Source: Raillietiella orientalis
Lineage: Eukaryota
Length of the DNA stretch: 64,000 bases
Reading direction: 5' to 3'
NCBI GenBank assembly: GCA_036172245.1
Contig: JAYWIR010000052.1
Location: forward strand, 930,001-994,000
The notes under the pieces were generated by a model, which had not been told where the DNA came from, searched no databases, and saw only the letters and a list, made by a program, of their open reading frames with translations. How positions within the stretch are numbered: the first letter of the stretch is position 1; the number at the start of each line of letters is the position of its first letter. Positions 27,101 through 40,290 of this stretch are shown in pieces. The position numbers were made by a program, and so were the translations under genes.

Positions 27101-29051
27101 GCAAAACGAAGACAGCCCACCTTTGCCACGGTGGGCCCCTCGTGTTGATCGATTCCCTAAGAACAGGGACCACGTCAGGGACGTGGATTCATTGAATGCC
27201 TAAACAGAGGCATCCTACTCGACCTCAAGTGACCACGGCGAAGTGAAATCGTGGCCAGGAACCCCACGAACCATGTCGTCCTGGCAAATGGAAAATCATG
27301 AGCCTAGAGGGAAACAAAAGAGAAAACACCACGAGACGTCCATCGTGATCGAAAGCAGCCTCTCATTACAGCAAGCGCTGAATCCACAAAATTTCGTACC
27401 AAGGCCGATTCTGCAGCAGCGCAGAAGATCCACCATCGTTCACTCGTGGGTGAATCAACCGAGTTTTCTTGTACTGAATCTTGCAAACAGTTCTTCCTCG
27501 CCGACACCTGAGGATTCCTGGCATTTCTTCCTTTCCTGGATTTCGTCCTACATTCTGGCATGTCAGAAGAACGGTGGTGGGACTTTTCGACGCGGTTTAG
27601 GGCCGCGTGGATGAAAGTTTCCAAGAAACAAGCGGACCACATCCAAAGTGTGTTGCAAGTGTTCCCGGCAGTCCTCTTGCAAGCACGGGCCGAGTCATGG
27701 CCCGTTATGAAAGAGCCTTTAAAAAATCGGAGGCAAAGCAGGCGGTGGGAAATGCCCCCTTACGTTATCTCACCTGCGCCCACCGTCACCGTGCTTTTAC
27801 CACAAAGTGGCCGAAGCCATTTTGCTGTCTTTGTGTACGCAAGCCGAATTGCAAGCTGAAACCAGCTCCTCTTCAGATGTTGAGACAAGTCCCTGGTTCC
27901 TTCAGATCTAGTGAGGACGTTAATGAAGCGCCTTCACTGCTAAAGTGTCGGTTTGCTGCTCCAGGGATTGAGAACTGAACGTATTCCTTATCCAGAGTGG
28001 TTCGGGGAATGCAACGTGCTGAGATCAGAACCTGCAACATGTTCTCGAAAAATGAAAAGCTTTACCTCGCTCTTAAGTAGCTCTTCCCTTGTAAATTGTC
28101 AGTATCCATGAATATTCAAATTTTTTTTTTTTTTTTTTTTGGGGGGGGGGGGTGTTCAGTTATGTGGAATGCATGGATTGTGGTAAACTTAAACGTTTGC
28201 CGTGCACCGTTTTCCCCAACATTTTTCAAAATACAAAGGATTTTAGTGATTGATTTCTTCGAAAAGCGTCAAAATTGTTTATCACTTCATCAAGCCTCAC
28301 TGAAAATGGGCGATGGATAAAACGCAAGAACGTAGAAGCAACTGAAGAATCCTTGTACATGCGAAAAAGGGACATGGAAGTAGGAAACACTCCAAAACCT
28401 TCCAGCTTTCCAGCAATCGTGGTGGAAAATATTTCACCCCTCAAAAAAAGAACTTGCCCATAATATCGTAATCCAACAAGTGAGCAACTTAATGGAGTTA
28501 ATGTAAACTCTGGCCATGCATTGGCCCTAGAAATAAATTATTTCCATTCAAACATTAAGGAAAGAAGCAAGAAAACTTGCATATCTAAATGCATCTCACA
28601 ATTCATTAGCTTATAACAGAACTTCAGTACTTTACTAGACTCAGATGGCCAGCAAAACTCTTATGCAAGTACGCTGGTACACTTTGAATAGTAAAATCCA
28701 CAGAGCAGGACTGCTTCACATGAGATTAATGCAACTACACGTGGTTTATACATGCACTGAGCTAGAATACAATACAAAGTGGCAGTGCTGGTACACTGGC
28801 AGCTGCATGGAAGACTTCATGTTCCTGCAAGGAGGAACATGAAGTCACCATGCCTCCTTTGCATCATGAAACAAGTTTATTGAGAAAATGCAACATGAGC
28901 ATGATTTTCCTCAGGTCCTGAAGTTTATATTTACTGATCATGACACTGAAAAGCACTTCAATATGGAAGTATATTTTGCAGTTTATTATTTTTTGTTATG
29001 AGAATTGTATGTCTGATTACATCTGATGACAGGCATGATACTTGATTGTAA

Positions 29052-30230
29052 TTATGGAGAATGAAGCACCTTGTAAGTGTGACTCTTCCACACATAACTG
29101 ATGCCAGAAGCTATCGTAGTAGTACCAGCAAGATACCTGTGAAGTAATAGTAAACCAATTGTTCTGGATGAGCATACCAAAGGCAACACAAGAAGCTTGT
29201 TGGGAAGCAGTTCCAAGATGCTTGCATTAGGGCAACAAAGACTGAAGCAATTTGTACTCCTGTATTGATTTTGCTCAGAATGGTTGGGAAGAATTTGACA
29301 GTTTGTAGATGAACATTGAAATACTGAGAGAATGACTTCTGAGAATAGCCAATCTCATGACTAATAACTATAAAGGTCAAAAGACTTACTGGATGAGGCA
29401 AAGATTTATAGCGAATGTATGCAGCAGCTGCTATCAACAAAATGTCTCGGGCCACAACAAGCTCAGTTAGCAACACTAACAACAGCACAAATATTAAGAG
29501 CACATTAAGGATATTTCAACTCTTGAAATCAAAAACAGGCATCTACCTTGGAAGATTCATTACCTGGGATCAACTGTGCATATGTCATGCTCAAAAACAG
29601 GGGAACTACAAGAATTTTATCAGCGAGGGGATCTAATAAGCTTCCCAGTGCTGATTTCTGATTTGAAAATCTGCGAGCGGTCCACCCATCAAGCTACATA
29701 TAATTAAATGAAGCTGCAGAAATGCATTTCACGAAACCATATTGACCAATTTTATTAGGAAAAGATTCGGCTCTTACCACATCCGTTACACCTGCTACAA
29801 AAACAACTCCTAATGCTGCTGTTGTGTACGATTCTATTATCAAATAAACTAAAACTGGTGACAATGCGACTCGAGAAAGGCTGAGACAGTTCGGAATGGT
29901 AAATAGCTTTTCACTCTAAAAATACTGTGATTAACTAGTAGACAGAGGTTTATGAGTAACCTTCGCATGTTGTGCATTACTAATTTTTCCATCTGGACGT
30001 TTGTCAGACTTCTGAACAGAAATACATCTTATTAATCTTATAGGTACTTGTGAATACTTGGTAAGGTATACTCCATTTCTTTCGCAGTTGGTATAGTTTG
30101 TTTTTTGGCAGAACGGTACAAAAAAGCACCCGATGCACCCACTCCGTCGTTCCTTGATTTTCAATAAATGCCTGCATGTACTTAAGGCACAGCCTACATT
30201 CATGCAATGGTACACGGATTTCATTAACAT
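29052..30230 (-). CDS. CRLS1: Cardiolipin synthase (CDP-alcohol phosphatidyltransferase), multi-exon; start codon tentative
   Basis: [96 protein letters not shown]. Stop at 29052-29054. Confidence 0.9.
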
Positions 30231-31444
30231 ATCCACTACTCATGCTAAACCGTTGCACCAGCTGCTTGCTTTTAGGCATTATTACCAGAATATTTATCTG
30301 ATTTATTAATCGCGGTTGCATTCATGAGCTGGTATCAAGGCCGCTTCTACAATTCATTTCATCGAAATTACAGAAGAGAGACTCAAACACAAGACTAGCT
30401 AAAAGAACACAATGTATTTGATGGTGTTTTATCCATATTTTGTTTAAAGTAAAATAAAACACTTTCTCCGACATTAGGACGTTCGAAACGAACATGAGAT
30501 AAAATTTTAATATTAAGTTACAAGTTAATGAAAAGTAGAATAGGTACAGTAAGATACAGTAATGCAAGAACAACTAAGTACTTGGATACCACGTCAGATG
30601 AGTCTAAGACTAAATGTAATATTCAGTTTTTTTCTTTCCTTCTTTGAGAAACTCCTCTTAAGCTCATGCATCGATATCTTGGTCGCAACAAATACTTCGG
30701 ATGATGAAGTTTCACAGCTTTCAGAAATAATAATATTTTGTTAATTCCTTCAGTTGGCATGTAAATATTGTGTTGCTCACTCTCTTAATATACAGATGAA
30801 TGCCTCTGATTTTCAATTCTCATTTACGTTTTACTATTTTTGAGTAATTTGTATCATATATTTTTCCATCTTTTCCGTTTATGTGTGGACAATGTAGGAA
30901 TACATTAACCGATATATCTGTTGTGCCTATCGACTCGAAGTATCGTCGTCATCGCCATTTCTTTCTTGTTGTAAATACCTCTAATTGAGTTTCAAGGTCT
31001 TTTCGGAAATTACGTATGGAATATCTTACTGATTCCTTCTGCAAATGCATCTTTGAATGAATCTATAGCATTATACTAGAAAATTATAGTGTGATAAGAG
31101 AAAGAACTTAGTAAATTCTTCGATTTCCATATTTCAGATGATACTAGCAATTGTTTCTTGTTATTTAAAAGTGAAATGAAATGAATCTCGCACATCAAGA
31201 TGAAAACATTCTTTCTATATCTTGTGAAATATTCACGAGAGCCTAATTTTGTTATAAAGTAGAAGTAAATGATAGTTACTGTGTTATTGCTTTTTTTTTT
31301 AAAAAAAAAAAAAAAAGTGCAATGACAATAGTCAAGGAATTACAAAATTAAGAATATTCGAAACACTAGCTACACGAGAATACAGTTCAGTTCTACTACA
31401 TGATGGCTCCTATAGTTTCTATAATGGCTGTATGCACTCTTTTC

Positions 31445-34400
31445 CCCAAGTCCCACAAGGGGTGGGGTGAATTTATTTTCTTTTATCATTCACTCTACAT
31501 ATTCATGCATTCATTTTCTCCAATCATTCCACTCATGTCACCTGGAAGTCTGCTTCATGGGATTAACACTGAGGTTCACTACACTTGGGGGACTGGACGT
31601 CGTTTATGCCTGGACGTTGTCCTCAATCCTTCTCAGGATATGTTGGTAGTTCCAGGCCTGTACTCTTCCACAGTTTCTCACGCCGATCTCCTTCTGGATA
31701 AGCCCTTCCAGGATTTCCATTGGAGATACGGCGGTCCTGGTGGTCTTCATCTTCCACCACCGCACAAGGATGGCGGTGATGAAGAGGGTGATGGTCATCC
31801 TCACCATGAGATTGTAACAGGAGCGTTCCCATTTCCTTGGAACATGCCTACTAAAATTCACATGGTCGATGTGGTGGGCAGCCCGATAACCCTTTTGAGG
31901 GTTGTGCCCCTTTGTTGCATAGTGGGACAGGTCAAGACGTGTATCCGTGTCTTCACATGCTTTGCAGGCCTCATCTTCTCTTCTTCCCGTGAATAGCTCC
32001 ATGGTTGTCTCGCATAGGATTCCTCCATAATAAAACATCAGGAGGTTATCCTGTGAATCCAGTGAAAAGTCACTCTTCCAGAGCGTCGTTCCGATTGCCA
32101 ACAGGTTTACCCCAGCACTCCCGTGGCGATCGACGGCTTCTTGGAGGGCACTGGTGTCTTTTTCCTCTTCGACTATTGGTCGGCATAGGTTTCTCTTTGT
32201 TACCCTGGACCACACGAAGTTGTTGTGGGTTTTCCACACTTCGTGGGTCCTGTGGGTGAATCTTCCAGCTATTCTATCGATGTATCGGAGTACTAGGGAG
32301 TGATGAAGGTACTCTCCTCGTCTCCATGCTTGAGCTGCTTGCAAGGTAATCCTGGACCGCTGGTGGATCCAGCTCCTCGTATTCGGAGGTACCGGGAGCA
32401 TCTACGGGATCAACAGGATGGATTCCTCCTGCCAGAGCTCCTTGTTCCTTCGTATGATCTTCAGCTGTTGCATGTGTGCCAGCTGCTGCTTTCGTCTCCA
32501 GGTTGGGTCGATGGTGACCCATTTATCCACGCGGCCGAGCAGCACAGTCATCAGTCCTCTCGCGCTATTTATCAACAACGAGTAAGCCCTGTGCGCTGCC
32601 TACGGCCAGTCTTCCCAGTTTTCCGACATGTCCAGGAGTTGTCGCACGCCCATGGTGTCCACAGCGTGTGCAAGCGACTTCATCCCGGTATCGCCTTCCT
32701 CCTTAGGACGACACAGTGTTTGAGGCGGGCTCTCGGTCGATAGCCTTCCCAGAGGGTTTTCCTTTGTAGCTTTTCTAGATCTTTTCTGGTGTCTTGATGC
32801 ATTCCGCAGAAGCAGCTCCGAAGAGTATCTTTGGAAGGAGTATTTCGTTCAAAAAGTTGGCTCTCCGCTTCATGCTAAGGTCCAAACGGGATACTTCGCT
32901 CCTTCTTGCTCTGTTTTCCCCAGGATTTCCTTCCACAATAGTTGGGATAATGAATTGTCGGCAATGTGGACACCCAGGTACTTGGCATTGTCCATCGTTC
33001 GGAATCCTTCTTCCATGAGTATGGAGAGATCCAGGGTCCCCAAGGGCAAAAGTTGGTTTTTCTGGGCGTTGATTTTCAAACCCAATCCTTCTTTCATCAG
33101 CCCCACCACATCCAGAAACGCACGCTGATCTTTCTCCCCTCTGAGGAAGAAGAGAAGATCATCGGCGTAAGTCAGATGGGTGAGCTGTTGATTGTCGACA
33201 GTGATTCCGCGGAGGTGCCCACTTCTCTCGATGAGTGATGAGAGGGCCTCCATGTATATGACAAACAGCATCGGACTGAGAGCGTCGCCTTGGCGGACTC
33301 CTCGTTCCATCCGGATGGCTGCTGTCTCTTCCCCGTTAATCTTCATCCGAAAGTGTTGCTCTTCAAGTATCATCTTCAAGTTGCTGAATTGTTCCGGGAG
33401 GTCCAGTCTTTCTAGAATCTTCAGCAGCATCCCATGGTCCACCGTATCGAAAGCTTTCTCCATGTCAGTGAAACCTAGTACCAAGTTCTCTCCGATATCT
33501 CGACTGAGACCAATGGTAGCCTGGGCACACTTGACATTGTCCGACATGTGGCGTCCGGGCACTGCGCATGTCTGGATGGGGGGGATGAGCTTCGCCATGA
33601 CCTTGCCTATGTGGTTAGCCCAGATCTTTGCTAACCACTTGGCATCGCTGTTCAGGATTGAGATGGGCCCCCATTGGGTAACCTTAGTCAGGTCACCTCA
33701 TCCTGCTCTCGTAGAAGGATGCAGAGCGTCAGCTGGTGGAACAAACGTCGGTAGACATGCAAGTACCGCTGATAGTGAGAGATGGGGACACTCTCAGGCA
33801 CCGTCACCACATCCCTGCGAAATTCCACAAACGCAGCTTTCACTTCTACTTCGGAGTTTTTTCTTCAAGCATCTTCCGATGGTTTTCACTCATTCGCCTT
33901 TTTAGGTTGCAAAAAAATTCCTTGATTAGTCGGGCACAGATGTTTTCGTCGGAATTGCTCTACGTAATGCCTCTGGAAGGCGTCCGCGATGTCTTCCGAG
34001 TGTGCCGACTGTAGCCATCATACTGGATGCAGAAGATGTCTGTTGCCAGGTTCTTCTTCTCCAGCACGCCGACTTCCCCTTTTATATTTTGGAAGACGTA
34101 CGGACTCTCGTATTGTTCCCAATACTCCGAGAGGGAGAGATCTTGGATGTGCAGCTCCCCGTACAGTTCCTGCCTAAGTCGCTTGTGACCTCCATGATAA
34201 AACATCAGGAATGTTGCATGTTGCAGAACAGGTGGACTCGGCATTTCAGGCTATCCCAGTCGGCAACTCTGCGGACGCTGGTCTTCTGCAGAATCGTCTC
34301 TATAACTTCTTGAAGGCAGCGTAGCGTTTCGAACCAGGCGGGCATGCTGACGAGCGCCGCCCATGTGTCCTTCTTTCGCCGAGGGTTTTCAGTCCGCAGG

Positions 34401-36460
34401 GAAAACCTCACCAGCGGGTGATCGGACAGCAAGGTGGACGTGTCACGGAACCCGTGGATACGGTTCCCTATATAGGAGCTGTAGAGGATGTGGTCGATCG
34501 GCTTGTGGCTGGCTGTTAGCCAAGCAGCCCGAACTCGTCGAACAGCCGCCGATACGCCGTCCTGCTTCTGGCGTCCCGGGAATGTATCATTTCGTTCAGG
34601 ATGTTGAAATCCCCTACGATGATCACGATGTCCTTCAATGCGACCTTTTGTCGCAGTGTTCCGTGGAGCGCCTCCGGCACTGATGCTTTTGGTGGTGTGG
34701 TCCGTATACGTTCACCAAGAACAGGTGAACATTTGCGGACCAGGACATTCGTACGTCCACGATTCTTCCCGGCATGGGGCAGAAGGTTTCCAGGATGGTG
34801 TGAGCGAGCTCGTTCCTTATCGAAATTGCCACTCCCATGGTGTTCCTCGGTCCCTCAATGGCGAACAGTTTTGAGTTCAATCGCCGTTCCACGTGAGTTT
34901 CTTGCAGACACACTATATCTTGATGTGCGATGGTCCGCACGATCCTTTTTCGCTTTGCCTGGTCGGTAAGTCCATTAACATTCCAGGAGGAGATTTTGAT
35001 CCTCCTGACGGTAGACAAGGACGAGGCCATAAAGGGGTTTATTTTTTCAGCCTTTCGGAATTTCTTCTGCCGAGGAGACCGTTGCAGCCCCCGCGCAGAA
35101 GGTTTCTCGCTACCAGCATCGCTTTCCGTTTCGGTGAGGTCAGTGAATTCTGCCTCCTCCGTCGGGTCTCCCACCTTCACGATCACTTTGCGAGGGAGCG
35201 TCTCCAGGCTCACCGTCTCACAGACGTTTGACTTGATGTCGAGAATGTCTTCCAGCTTATCAAGCTGGGTTTCATCCACCACAATATTTATGTCCTCCTG
35301 GACCTTGGAGATGCGTTGCAGGAGTTTCCCCTGCTCCTCCCCTCTGGTTCCCGGTTGGACCTCTTTATTCAGCTTCTCCACTTCCTCGTTGATTTGCAGG
35401 GTTTCCGCGTTTCCTTGACTGGCTCAGCTGTTTCCATTTTCTGTTCTGCTTTTTCCTCGGGCTTGTCGGAGACCTGCTGCTTCTTAGCGAGCATCCTCCT
35501 CTCCGTCTTTTTTCTCACTTCGATGAAGCCGTCCTCCGATGCTGGGACGACCTCCCTCACTTTTTTCACCTTCTCGGTGATTTTTTGCGGTTGTTCCGCC
35601 TCCTTCTGAGGTCACTCTCGTACGGGTGAGAGCCCACGCATGGTACGTCAGTTGGCGTATTCCGGGCAGCTCCACCTCGCGTGGCCCGTTGCCTTACAGA
35701 AGGCACACACTGAGGTTGGCTGCAAGACCGGATCTGGTGTCCCTGCTTGCCGCAGCGGAAGCACCGAGATCTTAAACAAACACCGACCCTGTGGCCAAAG
35801 TGCTTGCAACCCCTGCGAAATACTGGCTGTTGCCTATATCGTATGAAGACTTCCTGGGAATCCCCATGGAAGCGCAGATGGTATCGATGTGGGCGAGTCC
35901 CGGAATCTTCGTATCTCCAAATAACCTGATCTTGGCGATGACATCGCCGGAGAACACCTTTCCGGAGTAGTTCCGGAATTCCACATCCAAAACTTCCCCT
36001 TATTTGGTGAGGAAACTCCACACCGCTCGTTTATTTGTTGTGACGCAGACTCCTCCAAGAAACACCGCCGTATACGCCATTTCACCGATTCCGCGGACCA
36101 TCCTCCCGTGTATATTTATGCCCTTTTCGATCAGGGCCTCGATGAGGGGTTCACTGTCCGTGTGGACTGTGAACCCCGTCGTGCTCGGTACGATCGCTCG
36201 CTTGTGCGTGGTCAAAGTCCACATTCTCTTTATAGAGGGCCAGATACACCTCTTTGATATTATTTATCCCGATGAGTCCTGTTTTGAAAGTGATCGGCTT
36301 CCCATTCGGACTGATCCGCACGATCGGCTCATCCACATCCTCGATTTTGCTGATCTCCGGTTTTTCAAATGTTCGTGGTGGGGGTTGGAATTTCCGGCTG
36401 CCACCGCCGCGGCAGGAGAGTGTACACAGTCGGTTCCGCAAAGTGCCTATTTATACTGCT
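31445..36460 (-). mobile_element. Near-full-length, inactivated L1/Tx1-clade non-LTR retrotransposon
   Basis: ORF1 (about 36440-35040) has three CCHC knuckles (RRGCKHFGHRVGVC, CFRCGKQGHQIRSC, CAFCKATGHARWSC). ORF2 has APE (ISSWNVNGL, VCLQETH, LSDHPLV), RT (DMEKAFDTVDH, GVRQGDALSP, YADD, KYLGV) and a C-terminal CKAC...H finger. AATAAA near 31473-31478. Many frameshifts. Confidence 0.9.
31604..35030 (-). pseudogene. ORF2 (APE-RT-zinc finger) of the L1/Tx1 element, fragmented
   Basis: Pieces in ORFs 34635-35381, 34205-34432, 33960-34244, 32870-33598 and 31604-32401, in the expected domain order. Confidence 0.85.
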
Positions 36461-36622
36461 CGGAAAGAAGAATCTGGAAGACACTGCTAGTACACTGCTA
36501 AGGTTGTACCCGGAGGGGTTGGCAACGTGCCCCTCTGTCCTTACCGAAGTTACCATTCGTCTGAATAAGCTTTCCAGGGTTACCACCACCACCTGAAGTA
36601 AAATAGAAGAAGAGAAGAGGAA

Positions 36623-39600
36623 ATGGAGACCGTGGAAAAAGTAGACTGGGATCCGCAAACTCGCACGGTCACCTTACTTTGTCCCTTGCTTCCTACAATG
36701 GCCTGTGGCGTCGCAGGATGCGAATACATATCCAGGGCAGCACTGATTCGACTCCAAGTTCAAAAAATGAAGGAACATATGATAAGCCTGCACAGAGTGG
36801 AAGATGTATCGATGAAATACAAGTGTAGGAGATATAGTGCTGACATACTTTTAGCAAGATCTTCGCATCATGTTTGCGATGGAGAACTCTCCTCGCGTGC
36901 CCCCGTGGTAACGGTGTCCACGAGGTTTGTCTGTGCCAGATCGGAGTGCGACATGGCCTTTTCGACGAGAAAAGGCCTGCTAAGCCATCAGATCTGGCAC
37001 GAGTGAGCTGGGAGGCTGCAACTACCAGAGGAGGGAGCATGGTGCAGATGGAAACTTCTTCCATTGATATACTTGGAGAAGAGAGCCAGAAAAGGAATGC
37101 TCAGGAAGCAAAGAAACAAGAGGATGAGACGTCGATGGGAACAATACCCGGATTGCCCCCGCTGGAAGGAGGAGATGAAGGGGGGCTTCTTGGCAACTTG
37201 GAAGCATTTATAGGCCCTCTGATTAAAGATCGGATGAAAGAAAATACGGAAAAAAACAGTTGCATTCCGCTCCCATCGATTACAGAGTGTGGTGTGATTC
37301 TCCTCACCTCCTAGGCTATCATTCCTCAGCCACAGCTGCTCAAGAAAAAAAAACAAGAACCTCCAGAAGGAATGAGTAAAATGGAAGCCATGCAGAGGAT
37401 ATGGAAACCGAAAGGCAGGATAGGAAAGTGGACATGGAGAACGAAGTAATCCTCAAAGTTCACAGAGAAGCGAATTCATTTCCAGAGGATCCTGGATGAA
37501 GAAAGAGCTCGTTGGGAGGACTTCCTTATGATATATCAAAAGGTGAAAGTTAAAATCCAGGAGATACTTAAAGAAAAAGCAAGAAGGAAAGGCGGGAAGA
37601 AACCAAGGATTGACCCGAGCAACAGATCGTCAATCCAAAAACTTTACAACATCAATAGGAAAAGAGCAATTAGAGCGATTTTAGGCCAGCAGGATCCGAC
37701 CTGTAAGCTGGAAGTTGACAAGTTGAAAGGCATTTGCGGAATGAGTTGGAGATAAAACAGGAGGCTGATAAAGAGCTTCCCAAGAAGATACTGCTGGGAA
37801 GAACCCAAGCAGCATCCCCTGTGGAACTATCTCCATTTACTCATGAGGAAAGTGGCGGCGATCCTGAGGAGTGCGGAAAATTCATCCCCCGGAGAAGATG
37901 GAATCACGTACGCTGGATGGAAGAGCATTGATCCAGGAGCCGAAATGCTCACAATAATTCTTAATATTCTAAAAAGGTTCCGCCGAATCCCAGAAGAATG
38001 GAAGTGTACCGGGACGGTACTCATAGAGAAGAGCCCCTCAGCAGCAGAAGACATCTCCAGCTGGAGGTCAATATCCATTGGCAGCAGTGCACACAGACTG
38101 TATGCCAAATGCTTGGCCTCCAGAATGAGAAGATGGATATTGGAAAACGAGATCATCGGTACCCAACAGAAGGGCTTCCTGCCCTTTGATGGAGTGCTAG
38201 AACAGAACTTCATCCTACAAACAAGACTAGATGCTGCACGTCGTTTGTCGAAGGACTTCTGCGCGGTATTTATCGACTTCGCAAATGACTTCGGCACAGT
38301 ATCCTATGACACAATTATGGGAAGGAAGCAGGGGCAGGAGAAGAAATAATAGATATCATTGAAGGAGTATATGCCGGAAGTTCCACCTTCATTCAATTGG
38401 AAGAGACCGAAACGAGGACCTTCTCCGTGTGGCGCGGAGTGAAGCAGGGATGTCCCCTAAGCTCGCTTCTGTTTATCATCTCAATAGAGCCCATCCTGCT
38501 CTCGATGAGACATGACTATGGGGACTACGTGACATCAGCTTACCCCGACGACTTGGTCATACTGGGAAAGGACGAAGCGAAAGTCCAAGAAGTGATGGCG
38601 CACTTCCAGAAATTAGTGGAGCAAGCCGGCTTATTCATCAACCCGAAGAAATGCGCTTCGGTATTCTACAGAGGCAAAATTCCGAAAGGTACAAGGGACG
38701 TGGAGATCCAGGTAAAGAAAGGGAAAATCTCTTGTATTGGCTTATCAAAGGCATACAAGTATTTGGGAAAACCCTTCGGTGTAAAGGTACTCACTACACA
38801 ACCTTCCAAGGAGGACATCTGTCAGAAGGCGAATGCCATACTGGAGAGTGAGCTCTCAGGATGGCAGAAGATAGACGCTTTGAAAACCTTCTTCTACCCC
38901 AGCCTAGTTCATTAAGAGAGGCTGGGAACTCACCGAAACGAGGAATGGCAGCATGTTGAAGAAGAAATCAAAAAAAGGCCTTACACCTACCATCCTGGGC
39001 AGCGAACGAATATTTGTAAGGAGACAACAGGACCAAAGGCTGCCTAGGACTAATAAAGCTACCTGGAGAATCTGACTTCTTCATCAAGGACAGCTGCTTC
39101 AAACTGCTTACGTCACCAGACAAAGCAGTAAGAAAGCTAGCACAAGAGACCCTGGAAGAAATCGTCCAAAAACGTAACCATGAAGCCACGACAGATGAGA
39201 ATCTCGGGGAATTCATGACGGGCAAGAAGATCGCAAAGCCCAAAAGAGATAGAGAGAGAGCCTCTGGACGAAAGGGAGAAAGGCCTCTAGAAGAATTAAA
39301 GCCCGCTGGGAGTTTCAACAAGGAGAACCCCGTATAACGGTTGACGGTGTAATCTTCACCAGCAGCGCAAGAGGGCTCGCCTCCGGCATGAGAGCATTGC
39401 AGCGGGAGCACGCATGGCAATCCCTAATTCAAACCCACATTAGTGGAGGGAGGGCCATGAAGTGTGTGGGCATGCATCACTCTTCAAGCTTCTTCCACAC
39501 GAACGGAATCCACTCAAGATTCTAGGACTACAAGTTCATCCATGCTGCAAGACTCAGCTTACTTCCAGTCAACGCTGGGCCAACCAAAAAAGCACACACC

Positions 39601-40290
39601 GCGTTGCGGTACAGAGGACGAAACGCTATCCCACGTATTGAATAGATGCAAGGAGCACCTCCCTCTGACGATGCAACGCCATGATGCCATTCAAGAAATC
39701 ATCAGAACGGCCGCAGCGGATGAAGCGGGGTCGTGTGTCAAGCAATCGCAGAGTACCAGGAACTATCTCCAGCCTAAAACCAGACCTGGTTTTAGAAAAT
39801 CGCGACCGGATAAGTGTGCTGGGCATCTCCTGCCCATTCGAAAATGGGAAGGAGACGTTCACCACAGCGAGGAAGATCAAAGAAGGAAGATACCAAGATA
39901 TCGCGATGCAACTCGGAAACGGCGGGAAACGCACAAAAGTGCATGCGAGCAGCTCATGTCAGCTCACTGGGAGCATGGGATCCTGGAAACGAAGAGGTAC
40001 TACGATACCTAGGAATACCACAAAAGAAGCCTGCGAGAAGCTGAGGCAACGGATGGTAGCCACCTGCATCCGGTATTCAAGTGGCACATATGCAACCCAC
40101 GTAAGAAGGAAAAAACCTGTGATGGGCCCAACCCGATAATCTGGGTCATGGTCTCCCTCCGGAAGAAATCGAGCAAAGCAGCGAAGAACCGTGAAGGAGA
40201 GGGAGAAAGCAACCATCGCGGAAGATTCTCCAGAGCCATTCCAAGAAGAGCTTTGTAAAAACTTAAAATGAAGGTCAATAAAGTCTCCAT
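36623..40290 (+). mobile_element. Near-full-length, inactivated RLE-type non-LTR retrotransposon, Utopia/NeSL-like
   Basis: N-terminal C2H2 fingers (CGVAGC...HMISLH, CARSEC...HQIWH), IQKLYNINRKRAIRAIL, SPGEDGITY, QKGFLPFDGVLEQNFIL, GVKQGCPLS, YPDD, WQKIDALKTFFYP, CGTEDETLSHVLNRC, RHD, KPDLVLE, SCPFEN, SLGAWDPGNE. AATAAA at 40277-40282. Multiple stops and frameshifts. Confidence 0.88.

Noticed and set aside
10418..30230. Three mitochondrial-protein genes (TOM7, SARDH, CRLS1) within 20 kb
   Set aside because: Different pathways and interleaved with unrelated genes. Consistent with ordinary housekeeping clustering.
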